Below are positions 15,946 through 28,442 of a DNA stretch of 64,000 bases, piece by piece. The stretch is from the human T2T-CHM13v2.0 reference genome, Homo sapiens, in the NCBI RefSeq assembly GCF_009914755.1, contig NC_060928.1; one strand, given 5' to 3'. Numbering within the stretch: the stretch's first letter is position 1; the number at the start of each line of letters is the position of its first letter. The notes under the pieces were generated by a model. The model was not told the origin of the DNA and did not search any database. It saw only the letters and a list, made by a program, of their open reading frames with translations. The translations under genes and the position numbers were made by a program.

Positions 15946-18900
15946 AGTATGTGAAGTCAACATGAATTTAAAAATCCTAAAATTAGTAAGAGAGGGGCAT
16001 CTAATCATCTATAAAGAAAATCCCATCAGACTAACAGTGTATTTCTCAGCAGAAACCTTATAAGCCAGAAGATATTGAAGGCCAATTTTGAGACCTCTTA
16101 AAGAAAAAGTAAAAAAAAAAAAATAAGTAAATAAATAAAATACCTGTCAGCCATGAATTTTGTATCCTGCTAAAACTAAGCTTCATAAATGAAGGAGAAA
16201 CAAGACAAGCAAACACTAAGGAAATTTGTCACCTCTATACAAGACAGATGAGAAACGCTAAAAAATGCTGTAAACATGGAAACAAAGGGTCAATACTCAC
16301 CATCATAAAAACATACAAAATTAGAAAACTGACAGGTCTTATAAAACAATTACAAAATTGAGACTGTAAAGCAACAAGAACAAAATTAACATTACAATAG
16401 GAGTAAAACATCAATATTAACATTGAATATAAATGGACTAAATTATCCACTTAAAAGATATACATTGGCAAAATAGATGTAAAAAACAGAATCTAATTAC
16501 GTGCTAGTAAAGACAGTTATGGACTCAAGGTAAAGGGTTTGAAAAAGATACTTCACGTAAGTAAAAATCAAAAGTGAGAAACAGTAGCTATAGTTTTATA
16601 TGTTAAAACAAACTTTAAATAAATGACAGTAAAAAAGACAAAGACAGTCACTGTATAATAATAAAGGTATCTATTCAACAAGAATATATAACAATTCCAA
16701 ATACATTTTCACTCAACACCAGGGCACCCAGATTCATAAAACAAGTATTACTAGACCTTAGAAAAGAGATAGATTTCAATGCAATAGGATGAGAGACTTC
16801 AACATTTCATTTAAAACACTAGGGGGTCATAGAAACAGAAAATTAATAAAGAAACATTGGACTTAAATAGAACTCTACACCAAATGAAACTAACAGATAT
16901 TTACAAAATATTCTGCCCAACAATCATAGAATATACATTCTTCTCATCAGCTCATGAATCATTTTCTAAAATATATCATATGTTAGGATACAAAACAAGT
17001 CCCAGTAAATTTTTTTTAAAGAAATAATTTCACGTGCCTTCTTGGACCACAGCAGAAAAACAAACAAACAAACGAACTAGAAATCAACACCATGATGAAC
17101 CCTCAGAATACACAAATACATGGAAATTTAAAAAAAGAAAAAAAGCCTCCTCCTGCTTGATTTTTGGGAGAACAGCAAAGTTAAGATAGAAATCTTAAAA
17201 ATATTTGAAATAAGTGACAATAGCGACATAACATACTAAAATAGCTGGATACAGCAAAAGCAGTTTAAGAGGGAAATTTAAAACACTAAACACCTACATC
17301 AAAAAGATACAAAGATTACAAAGGATACCAACCTAACATTGCACATCAAGTAACTAGAAAAACAAGAACAAGAAAAGCCTACAGCTGGCAGAAGAAAAGA
17401 AGTAACAATCGGAACAGGGAAAAATAGCATTGAGACCAAAAACTAAATAAATAAACACACACACAACCCCACAAAGCATTAGAAACCCCAAAATTTTGTT
17501 CTTCGAAAAGATTAACAGAACTGATAGACTGTAAGCTAGTTTAACCAAGATTAAAAGAGTGAAGATTCAAGCACAATCAAAAATGAAAAATGAGACATTA
17601 CAACTGATATCACAAAAATATTAAAGATCATCACAGACTACTATGAACAACTACATTCAAAAACTAGAAAACCTAAGGAAATGAATAAACTCCTGAAAAT
17701 ATACAACCTCTCAATATTGAACCAGGAAGAAATAGAAATTCTGAACTGATTACTAATAAGTGGTAAGATTGAATCAGAAATTTTAAAATTCAATAACAAA
17801 AAAAGCACAGGACTAGATGAATTCACAGCTAAATTTTACCAGACATACAAAGAACTAGTACCAATCCTACTGAAACTGTTCTAAAAAATCAAGGAAGACA
17901 GAATTCTCCCTAACTCATTCTACAATGTCAATATCACCCTGATTCCAAAGTCAGGCAAGACACTACACAGAAAGAAAACTACAGGATGATATCCCTACCG
18001 AACATAGATGCAAAATCCTCAAAAAATTACTAGCAAACCAAACTCAACAGCACATCAAAAGATGATACATCACAATCAAGTGGGTTTTACTCCAGTGATG
18101 CAGGGCTTTTTCAACATACACAAATCAATAAATATGATTCACCACCTAAATGGAATTAAATGCAAAAACCATATGATCATCTCAATAGATGCAAAAAAAA
18201 AAACCTGGTAAAATTCAGCATCTCGATATGATAAAAACTTTCAACAAACTAAGAATTGGAAGAACATACCTCACAATAATAAAAGCCATATGCAACAAAC
18301 CCATAGCCAAAATTATACTGGATGGGGAAAAGTTGAAAGCATTGCCCCTAAAAACTGGAGGAAGACAAGTATGCCCACTTTTATGGCTCCTATTCAACAA
18401 AGTACTGGATGATGTAGCTGGAGCAATCAGGTGAGAAAAAGAAATAAAAGGCACCCAAATTTGAAAAAAAGAAATTAAAATTATAATCTAAATACGATAT
18501 TTCATGATCTGATTGATACCTTAAAAAAAACCTTACAAATTCTTTTAAGATACTCCTAGACATCTTGATACATGACTTTAGTAAAAGTTTCAGGATGCAA
18601 AGCAACATGCAAATGTCACTAACATTTCTATACATTAATAATGATCAAGCTGAGAACCAATCTAAATTAAAATAGCTACAAAAAATATCCAGGAATAAGT
18701 TTCACTGAGGAAGTGAAATATCTCTACAAGGGTTACTACAAAACACAGATGAAAGAAATTGTAGGAGACACAAACAAATGTAAAACTATCCCATGCTCAT
18801 GGAATTCAAAGATCAATATAATTACAATGGCCATACTGCCCAAAGCAATCTACAGGTTCAATACAATTTCTATCAAATTACCAAATGTGTTTTTTTCATA

Positions 18901-19665
18901 GAATTAGAGAAAACAATTCTAAAATTCATATGGAACCAAAAAGAGCCCAAATAGCCAAAGGAATCCTCAGCAAAAAGATGAAAGCTGGAGACATCACATT
19001 GCCTGACTTCAAAGTACATCACAAAGCTATTGTAACCAAAACATCATGGTACTGGTATAAAAAGACACATAAATCTATTATGGAACAGTAATCTATTCTC
19101 TTCCAGGATAAAGATATTCTGGAACAGAAATCTATTTTGTTCCAGAATAGAGAATCCAGAAGTAAAGCCAGTTTCCTACAACCAAGTGATCTTTGCAAAG
19201 TCAACAAAAACATAAGGGAAAAGATCCCTTATTCAATTAATCGTGCTGAGAAAATTGGATAGTCATATGCAGAAGAATGAAACTGGACCCTTGTCTTTCA
19301 CTATATACTGAAATTAACTCAAGATGGAGTCAAGATTTACATATAAGACCCAAACCTGTAAATTCCTAGAGGTAAACCAAGGTAAAACTTTTCTAGACAT
19401 TGACCCAGGGAAAGAACTGATGGCTAAGAACTCAAAAGGAATTTAGAAAAAAACCCAAAAATCATCAATAGGACTTAAACTAAAAAGCTTTGCACAGCAA
19501 ATAAATAAATAAATAAATAAATAGTGCAAACTGATAACTTACAGAATGGGAGAAAATATTTGCAAACTGTGCATCTAAGTATAAACTAATATCCAAAATC
19601 TATATGCACTCAAACAACTCAATAAGAAAGAAAATTGAATAACCTCATTAAAAAGTGGGCAAAAT

Positions 19666-19888
19666 GCCAACATGGTGAAACCCTGTCTCTTCTAAAAATT
19701 AAAAAAAAAATAGCTGAGCATGGTGGCACATGCCTGTGCTCCCAGCTACTCAGGATGCTGAGGCAGGAGGATGGCTAGAACCCAGGAGGCAGAGGTTGCA
19801 GTGAGCTGAGATGGCAGCACTGCGCTCCAGCCTCAGTAACAGAAAAAGACCCTGTCTGTAAAAAAAAAAAAAAAAAAAGAAAAAGAAA
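19666..19888 (+). mobile_element. 5'-truncated Alu (AluJ/old S) nested in L1 ORF2
   Basis: Begins 'gccaacatggtgaaaccc' and has a poly(A) tail. The TSD is host L1 sequence, aaaaagtgggcaaa / aaaaagtgggaaaa. Confidence 0.9.
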
Positions 19889-21594
19889 AAAAAGTGGGAA
19901 AAGGATGAAGACATAAGCAGATAACATTTTAAAATGCCCAGTATCACTAATTATCACAGAAATGCAAATTAAAACCACAGTGAAATGCCATCTTACACCA
20001 TTCAGAATGGTTATTATTAAAAAGTCAAAAAACCCCAACAGATGTTGGTGAGAATGTAGAGAAAAAGGAATACTTATACATTGTTGGTGTGAATGTAAAT
20101 TAATACAACCTCTATGAAGAACAGTATGGATATTTCTCAAAGAACTAAAAATAGAACTACCATTTGACTTAGCAATCCCACTATTGGATATCTACGCAAA
20201 GCAAAAGAAATTGTCACATCAAAAAAAGACATCTGCCCTCAAATGCTTATTGCAGCACTATTCACAAAAGCAAAGTCATGGAATTAACCTAAATGTCCAT
20301 AAATCGAGGATTTAATAAAGAAAATGTGGTACATTTATACTATGGAATATTACTCAGCCATGAAAATAATGATGTCTCATATTTTTTGCAACAACCTGGA
20401 TTGAAGTAGAGCCTATTATCTTAAACTAAATAACTCAGAAGCAGAAAGTTGATTGCTGCATGTTCTCACTTATAAGCGGGAACTAAATAATGTGTAAACA
20501 TAGTCATACAGAGTGGTATAATAGACATGAAAGGCTCCAAATGTGGGAGGGTAAGAATGGGTGAGTGATGAGAAATTACCTATTGGGTACATTGTTCACT
20601 ATTTAGGTGATGGAGATACTAAAACTATACTTCATCACTATGCAATATATGTAACAAAACTGCACTTGTACTCCCTAAACCTAGACAAATGAAAATAAAA
20701 AAGATTAATAAAATAAAAAATTAAAATTTTCTGGGGGAATATAGTGACAACATTTCATTTTGAGTGAATTTCAAAGAGTAGAAGAGATATTTGAAACAGT
20801 GAGGACAGATAATAGTTTTGACAAGTTTTTCTGGTGAAGAAAACAAAAATAGATATTAAATAATAGAATATTTTATTATTTTAAGATTAGACTAATCACA
20901 ACATATTTGTAGACTGATACGAAAGATCCAATGAAAATGAGAAACCATGATAGAAAAGAGAAATGGTGAACTAATGAAATAACGTCCTTGAGTAAGAGAG
21001 AAGGGAGGAATCTGTTAATGAAATGATAACTTAGTTTTTGATAGTATAGACAGTTCTTCTAGAGTAATAGAAAGGAAGGCAGTATATATGGAGGCAGTAG
21101 ATAGTAAATAAGATGATGTGAGCTTGTGTATGGTCTTTTTAATGTCTTCCATTTCCTGGGTGAAGCAAGAAACAAGGTTGAAAGGGAAGATGAGAATGAA
21201 ATATTTAACATTTGAAGAGATGAAAAAAATTTAAAAAATAAACATCTAGGAGAAAGGTGTGGTAAATAAGCCAAAAAAATGTAGGTACTGGCCATGAATG
21301 TAAAGTATAATTAGTCCGAGAATTTTTACCTGCTACTTTCAGCTGCATTAAAGCAAATGAAAATTAAGGAGTGAGATATAATCAAAGTTGGCATTTTGTC
21401 AAAAGTTTATAATTAAAGAGAGGACAAATATGGAATTTGTATTTATCAGGGGTGATTATAATTATTGTACTTCCAATTAAAGGTGGGGCATGAAGACCTG
21501 GGGGAAAAGAGAGATAGTGAAAAGTTTCCAACATCAATTCGTGGGTCTTAGTAGATCAAAATATTGGAGTTGAGATGCTAGATGAATGAGATTT

Positions 21595-21768
21595 ATTGCT
21601 TTCTGCTTTGCTTTGTGCCTTTTAGTAAATAAAAATTTCTGTTCTCACCGTATTTTTCTGGCCACTTTCACTAGTAAAATACCTGGACAACTATTACTGT
21701 AATTTATTCCATTACTATTAGGCATAAGAAAGTCTTCCTGCCATGTAGATTGGAAATTCCTGCTATTT
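21595..21768 (+). repeat. Copy 1 of a ~175-bp local dispersed duplication
   Basis: Aligns collinearly with 24058-24236 (shared 'aaaatacctggacaa.tattactgtaatttattc' and 'gcataagaaagtc.tcctgccatgta'). Confidence 0.9.
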
Positions 21769-21823
21769 TGGAAAAAGGAGGTGTTGGTCAAAGAATTAGA
21801 TGTTTAAAACTGAAATGCTGAGG

Positions 21824-22313
21824 TGTGGTAGGTAGAGCAATGGTCCCCAAGGTGGTCCACATCCTAATTTCTAGAACCTGTGCATATGTTACCTTACAAA
21901 GCAAGGGGAATCAAAGTTACAGTGGGATTAAATGGTAATCAGCTGAATTTATAATAGGAAGATTATTCTGGGTTATCTGGGTGACCCTGATGTAATCACA
22001 TAGGTCCCTGTAAGAGGGAGACAGAAAAGGGGGTCACAATGACTTGAAGGGAGAAAGACTTCATCTGTTCTTACTGGCTTTTAAGATTCATGAGGAATGC
22101 CATAAGTTAAGGGAAGCAGGTGACATCTAGCAGTTTGAAAGTGCAACAGATTCTTCCTTAGAGCTCCCAAAAGAAATGCAACCCTACTGACACCTGGATT
22201 TATGCTCAGTGAATTCCACTTTTATCTGTCAGAACTGTAAGGCCATATCTATGAATTGTTTAAGCCTCTCCATTTGTGGTAATTTGTTGCAGCAGCAATA
22301 GGAAACTAATACA
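21824..22313 (+). mobile_element. MLT1D-like solo LTR
   Basis: Runs TGTGGTAGG...GCAGCAATAGGAAACTAATACA. TSD tgagg/ggagg. Confidence 0.8.
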
Positions 22314-22465
22314 GGAGGAATTGCAAGAATTTGTGAGGATAAGGTTTAGGGTGCAAACATGGAAGTGAGAGGCTCAAATATGGGCAAAGGAAAAGTCCTT
22401 TGAGGAAAGGAGTACAAAAACCATCAGGCCAGGAGTGGAAGGATATTAACATTTATGTTGAAAGG

Positions 22466-22841
22466 TGATATGGTTTGGCTGTGTCCCCACCCAAATCTCA
22501 CCTTGAATTGTAGTTCCCATAATCCCCATGTGTGGTGACAGGGATCCAGTGGGAGGTAACTGAATCATGGGAGTGCTTTCCTCCATGCTATTCTGGTGAT
22601 AGTAAGTTCTCATGAGATCTGATGGTTTTTTAAGGGGCTTCTGCCTTGGTTCATCTTGCATTCTTCTCCTTCCTGCTGTCATGTGAAGAAGGACATGTTT
22701 GCTTCCCCTTCTGCCATGATTGCAAGTTTCCTGAGGCCTCCCCAGCCATGCTGAATTGTGAGTGGATTAAACCTCTTTTCTTTATAAATTACCCAGTCTC
22801 TGGTATGTCTTTATTAGTAGCATGAGAACAAATGAATAAAA
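22466..22841 (+). mobile_element. THE1C/D solo LTR
   Basis: Starts TGATATGGTTTGGCTGTGTCCCCACCCAAATCTC and contains 'gaagaaggacatgtttgcttcccc'. TSD AAAGG (22461-22465 / 22842-22846). Confidence 0.9.
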
Positions 22842-23226
22842 AAAGGACTTTGAATCAGCACAGGATGGGTAGAGTTAGAGTGACTTTTAAGAAGTCCTCT
22901 GATATAGACCTATCCCTCTGTTCATCTGCCACCTCGTCTCTTTGTGTGAAGAAATGAGATAACTCTTGCCAACATCTCAGCTACTGATCTCCCTAGGCCA
23001 TTCTTATAGTATTGCGGATAGTTTAGATTTTTTTAATTCCTTCACCAATAGAAATTTCAAGTACACCACCAATACACCAGAAATGTGATTGAATGTGAAA
23101 CTTTTTCAGTGGCATGTAATACGCTATCTTTTCTATTTCTTTATCTTTTTACTAACAGGCCTTGGTTTTAGAGACTGAATAGCTTAGTTCTATCACCTGT
23201 TGGTGAATAAAGCCATACTCTTATTT

Positions 23227-23582
<356 letters not shown>

Positions 23583-24057
23583 TAAAATAAATATATAGTT
23601 ATAGAATAATGAAGTCCCTCTGGCAGCTTGTGATTATGCAGATCATTGTTGCAATACGAAGTTCATGGACAGGATTCCAGAAAAGGCATCTGATAAGGCA
23701 CACTTATAATGCTCCTTCCACCTCCGCATTTCTGAAAGGAAGCTTGTTACTGACTGAAGGGAAAATAAGTTTTAATATTTTTTATATATCTAGAATTAAT
23801 GAAAATAGTTTGGTGTAAGCCCTCCATATACTTGAGAATTTTTCAAGAATACTGCAAGCATGTTATGTAAAGAACATTTTCAGGTGATTGATAGATGAAT
23901 ATATTTTTATTGTTGAAAGATTGTTCAAACATATTGTATGTTATGGTTAAAAATTCAAAATATGGTTATAGGTTTCAACATAATAACAAACAATTCAATA
24001 ACATCTCTGTTTTCAAAGCTAACTAGCATTAATAATGAAATTATCCGTCATTTCCAA

Positions 24058-24236
24058 ATTGCTTTGTGCTTTGCTTTGTGCATTTTAGTAAATTAAAATT
24101 TCTTTTTGCACCTTGAGAATTTTTCTGGCCTCTTTCACTATTAAAATACCTGGACAATTATTACTGTAATTTATTCACATTTCTATTATGCATAAGAAAG
24201 TCATCCTGCCATGTACATAGGAAATTACTGTTATTT
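24058..24236 (+). repeat. Copy 2 of the ~175-bp local dispersed duplication
   Basis: Aligns with 21595-21768. Confidence 0.9.
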
Positions 24237-24240
24237 GTAG

Positions 24241-24667
24241 TTTTTTATTTTTTAAAATACACTTTAAACTGACAAAAATTATATAAATTTATTGTATACA
24301 ACATGCTGTTTTGAAATGTGTACACACTGTGAAATGGCTAAATTGAGATAATTAACATATGTATTGTCTCACAAACATTTCTGGGGTGAAAAATGCTTCA
24401 AATCTGCTCTATTATGAACTTTCAAGCATACAATACATTACATTGTTATTAACTATAATCACTATGCTGAGTAATAGATCTCTTGAACTTATTCCTTTAC
24501 TCTTAATTGAAATTGTGTATTCTTCCACCAACATCTACCCAGATCCCATCCCTCAGTCCCTGCTAACCACCATTCTACTCTCTACTTCTATGAGATCAAC
24601 ATTTTTACACTTCACCTATAAGTGAGATAATGTGGTATTTGTTTTTCAGTACTTTGGCTTATTTCAC
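24241..24667 (-). mobile_element. L1MA (L1MA8/9-like) 3' fragment
   Basis: 'aatagatctcttgaacttattcct', 'taaccaccattctactctctacttctatgag' and 'taagtgagataatgtggtatttgt' match the L1MA 3'UTR in reverse. Confidence 0.8.
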
Positions 24668-25037
24668 CAGAAGAGGATATCTAGCATTACACAGCTAACA
24701 TTTCAACTAATTTATTTAAAGATAAAGTTCTTTAGATCATACACCAAAATTTTGAAAGAGTTCCAAATGGTGCCAAAGTAGCATTTAAGGTTGAAACTAA
24801 ATTCTCTAAATTTGATTTTAAAACGTTCAAGTTGGTTAAGAGAAGATCCTCTCTAAATAAAATATGAGTATTCAGCATTTTGACTGAAGGAAGCCTGGTA
24901 CATTATCACTTAAATGATACCCATTTATTGATGTGAAGAAACAGCTAATATTTTGGGTAAAGGGAATGAAATGAGACACCTATGATTTAAAAAATGGCTT
25001 TGTAAACTTTTTAATGCTTTTTAATTCATTTAAAAAT

Positions 25038-25094
25038 TTTTGCTGTGCAGAAGCTCTTTAGTTTAATTAGATCCCATTTGTCAATTTTGGCTTT
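25038..25094 (-). mobile_element. Isolated ~57-bp L1PA ORF2 internal fragment
   Basis: 'ttttgctgtgcagaagctctttagtttaattagatcccatttgtcaattttggcttt' is the reverse complement of 59778-59834, apart from one base. Confidence 0.9.
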
Positions 25095-25825
25095 CGGTGT
25101 TTTATCAAAAGCTCATTATGAGATTCATAAGAACTAAGGATAGGTGATTTTGTCTATATTTGAGCTAGATCTTAAAGGGAGCAGCATAACTTTTGGAACT
25201 TGATAAAGAGATATTCAATGTGAATATCTCCAAAAAAAAAAAAAAGTTACCAGACCTTATGGTTTACTTCTGTCTGCTAAATCTTCTCTACTAAAATCTT
25301 AATGAACTTGTATTTCATAAAAGCAGAAAAAAAACCCCAATAAATTTCTCAGTTATCAATCAATTTTGAAGTAACATCTGCATTTAATTATGTTATGTGC
25401 ATATAAAAGACAATAATGAGTGCTGGAGACTCAATGCTGCTACCATTTCAAAAGAAAACTGTCAGGCCTAAACTGAAGGTTTCAACAAGAAGAATTTCCC
25501 TAAATGTTTCTGTCTGAAGAATACAATACCTGAAAGAAAGAGATTTCTAGTAAATAATTTATATGCTCATAAATATTTTAAAAAATCAATGTTAAAATTC
25601 AAATTACAAAGAAAATCTGTTATATGGATTAACAGAGAAGAGAATCAATCAGTGAAAAGTTCATATTAGTCATTTTAATAACAAAGTACAAAAGAATAAG
25701 GTAATGACAAAAAAGTGACTTGTGTTAAAGAGGATGACTTGAAGGAATAGCAATTATTAAATATCTGATTACATATTTTATCAGTTAAAATATGTTTCTT
25801 TATGTGTGTTTGTTATAAGAAGCAG

Positions 25826-26517
25826 GTAGGGGTAATAGTCGCCAGCGTGAGCTAGGAGTCTGGAAGAGGGCGCGGTAGGTGAGGAAGGTCAAGTCCAGGA
25901 ACTCTAGCTCCTTGCCACTCAAGAAATGTCCTCCCTTTCAGAATATGCTTTGCGCATGTCTCCTCTCAGTGCTCGGCTATTTTGTCAAGTCGCCAGGCCT
26001 ACTGATTCCAAGGCTATGAAAGTGGTGAAACTATTTAGTGAACCTCCCGTGGCCAAGAAAAAGGAAATTTATGACTGATATCCAGATCACAATACTTAAT
26101 ACTGCACTCACGGGGACACTCCAATTTCTTGGACTCTACAGAGATAAGCATCAAGATTTTAAAGATGAGCAAAAAGGACTAAAGAAGCTTCGTGGAAAGG
26201 AGAAACCAAAGAAACGAGAAGGGAAAAGAGCAGCAAAAAGGAAATAGGGTCGCTCCCTCAAGAGGGAGAATTTCTTCCTCCGTGGCAGAGAGAAGAAAGT
26301 GCATTTATTGCCTTTCCACATATTGGAGGAATGTCATCTTCTGAAATGAAGGTTATTTGGAGAAACACAATCATCTCCTAGTTGAAATCTATTCCAGTTA
26401 AATTGTGACTGGTTTGTTGAACACATTCTAACCGTGCAAAACTCTTTTGGCCTTGGCCGTGTAATGTGAGGTTTACCTAATTCTCTAATGAAGTGAATAC
26501 ATAAGCTAATATTTAAT
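25826..26517 (+). pseudogene. MRPS33: Processed pseudogene of mitochondrial ribosomal protein S33 (former CDS 25926-26247)
   Basis: Translates [56 protein letters not shown], then a +1 frameshift, then [48 protein letters not shown]. This matches MRPS33 end to end without an intron. Nonsense TGA at 26076-26078 and 1-nt insertion at ~26098. UTR-derived boundaries are approximate. The symbol is the parent gene. Confidence 0.93.
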
Positions 26518-26963
26518 GGTTTGGGGTGGGGTGGGATGTTGGAGCAATGGAGTGGAAACCTCATTAACTGAGCGTCCTATAGTGTCCTCATTTCTCGCTT
26601 CTTGCTTACTTACTCACCCAGCCCTAAACTTCTTTAATCTAGGGCCCTGCAGCCACTGTCTCCACCACCAAGCTCACAAATTTTCTGTGCCTCTTCACCT
26701 ACTCCTTTGAGAAATCTATTAAGATGAATTTGCAGGATAAATATCTTTTAACATACTTCCCTTACCTAGAAAGGAAATATTGAATACCTGCTCTATACAA
26801 GATACTGGGGCCCTGGTAATACAAGTGATTAGCAAGAGAAATACTCCCTACCTCATGTAAGTTTCTGTCTTGTGGGAGGGACTAAATATTACATAATTAC
26901 ATACAATTGTATTACATGCTACAAAGGAAAAAGCCAGACTTCTATAAGAGTGTGGATGGTTGG

Positions 26964-27308
<345 letters not shown>

Positions 27309-27352
27309 TTAGGGAATTAAAAAAAAACCTCCCTAAAGAAATGATATGTAGG

Positions 27353-27594
27353 GGCAGGGCACGGTGGCTCATGCCCTGTAATCCCAGCACTTTGGGAGGC
27401 CAAGGCGGGCAGATCACCTGAGGTCAGGAATTCAAGGCCAGCCTGACCAACATGGAGAAACCCCGTCTGTACTAAAAATACAAAAAATTATCCGGGCGTG
27501 GTGCTGCATGCCTGTAATCCCAGCTACTCTGAAGGCTGAGGCAGGAGAATCGCTTGAACCCGGGAGGTGGAGGTTGTGGTGTGCTGAGATCGCG
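27353..27594 (+). mobile_element. AluSp lacking its 3' end and tail
   Basis: Sp diagnostics 'ctgaccaacatggagaaa', 'gcatgcctgtaatc' and 'ggttgtggtg'. Stops abruptly at 'gagatcgcg'. Confidence 0.88.
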
Positions 27595-27928
27595 ATAAAT
27601 AAGACGTAGCCAGAAGAAAAATGGTGAGAAAGGTGTTTGAGGCAAGAGAGTACCATTTGCAAAGCCCTAAGATATGAAGAAATTGTCTATTCAAGGAACA
27701 CTGACTTTTTCATGGTTGGCCATAAGAAAATAGAGGCCAGATCATGAAGGGCTTTGCAAATTCTGTGAAAAAGCTTGAACATAACCAGAGGTTATTTCTG
27801 TGAGAGATGACTGTTGTATAGATTTGAGTAGCTAGCTGCTGGTTTTATTGTATTCTAGCAATGAGTTTCCAAAGAAATTGTGAGGGCTTCTCTGATTTTT
27901 TTTCCCAACAGCATGGCCAGTAAACCTT

Positions 27929-27958
27929 TTTTAGTATATGTGCTGCCGAAGCAAGCAC
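27929..27958 (-). pseudogene. RNU6: 3'-truncated U6 snRNA retrocopy (U6 nt 1-30)
   Basis: Reverse complement GTGCTTGCTTCGGCAGCACATATACTAAAA versus the U6 5' end GTGCTCGCTTCGGCAGCACATATACTAAAA: 29/30, with one CpG transition. Confidence 0.92.
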
Positions 27959-27959
27959 A

Positions 27960-28063
27960 ATTTTTAATACTTTTTATTACTGTGGTAAAAACATAGAATT
28001 AATCATCTTAACTATTTTTAAGTGTGCAATACAATAGTGTCAACTGTATGCATGTTATTGCAC
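27960..28063 (-). mobile_element. L1MB-like 3' terminal fragment
   Basis: 'tttattactgtggtaaaaacatagaattaatcatcttaactatttttaagtgtgcaatacaatagtg' resembles the L1MB 3' end in reverse. Confidence 0.7.
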
Positions 28064-28349
28064 TAAAGTACTTTTAATCCCTGTTTCTAGCTCTCAGGTA
28101 AAGAGAACACAGTGCATAGGCAGGAGTATGTATAGCAATACTCCAGCCACAGTTTTCTTTCTCTGTAACATTGAATGATTCCTGAACTAGAAAGAATTCC
28201 AGTACATATGTTTAAACGAATGATCCTTTTAAAGATACCTAATCCAGATGGTATGGCTAAGGCCTATTTTATAGCCTGTTAAAAAAATACTAAACTAAAA
28301 TTGGGTGGTTTGTATCTGATAGAAGTGAATTCCAGCAGAAGGCTGATAA

Positions 28350-28442
28350 TTCACTCATTAAGAATTCTTTACTGAGCACCTGCCATGTGCCTGACACATA
28401 ATAGTTGTAGAGGATACAGAGACCAATAGACTCAGTCCCTAA
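28350..28442 (-). mobile_element. L2 3' end relic
   Basis: 'tttactgagcacctgccatgtgcctgacac...ggatacagag...agtccct'. Confidence 0.6.

Larger units (their letters stand above)
13320..20720 (+). mobile_element. Near-full-length degenerate L1PB-type LINE-1 (5'UTR ~13.3-14.9 kb, ORF1 ~14.94-16.3 kb, ORF2 ~16.4-20.5 kb, 3'UTR)
   Basis: ORF fragments translate to L1 ORF1/ORF2-like peptides (e.g. [39 protein letters not shown]). The 3'UTR 'gagaaattacctattgggtacattgttcactatttaggtgatgg...gtaacaaaactgcacttgtactccctaaa' is L1PB3/4-like. Many stops and frameshifts. The 5' boundary is approximate. Confidence 0.85.
20760..22460 (-). mobile_element. Old L2 relic (fragmented, interrupted by other insertions)
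   Basis: Purine-rich degenerate sequence ('gaaacagtgaggacagataatagttttgacaagttttt', 'ggaggtgttggtcaaagaattagatg') typical of antisense L2. Confidence 0.5.

Noticed and set aside
26038-26247. 69-aa ORF as a novel lysine-rich microprotein
   Set aside because: It starts at GTG and is the frameshifted C-terminal half of the MRPS33 pseudogene.
27929-28063. U6/L1 chimeric retrogene
   Set aside because: The order is wrong (U6 lies 3' of the L1 tail), U6 is truncated, and it is far less diverged than the L1 piece.
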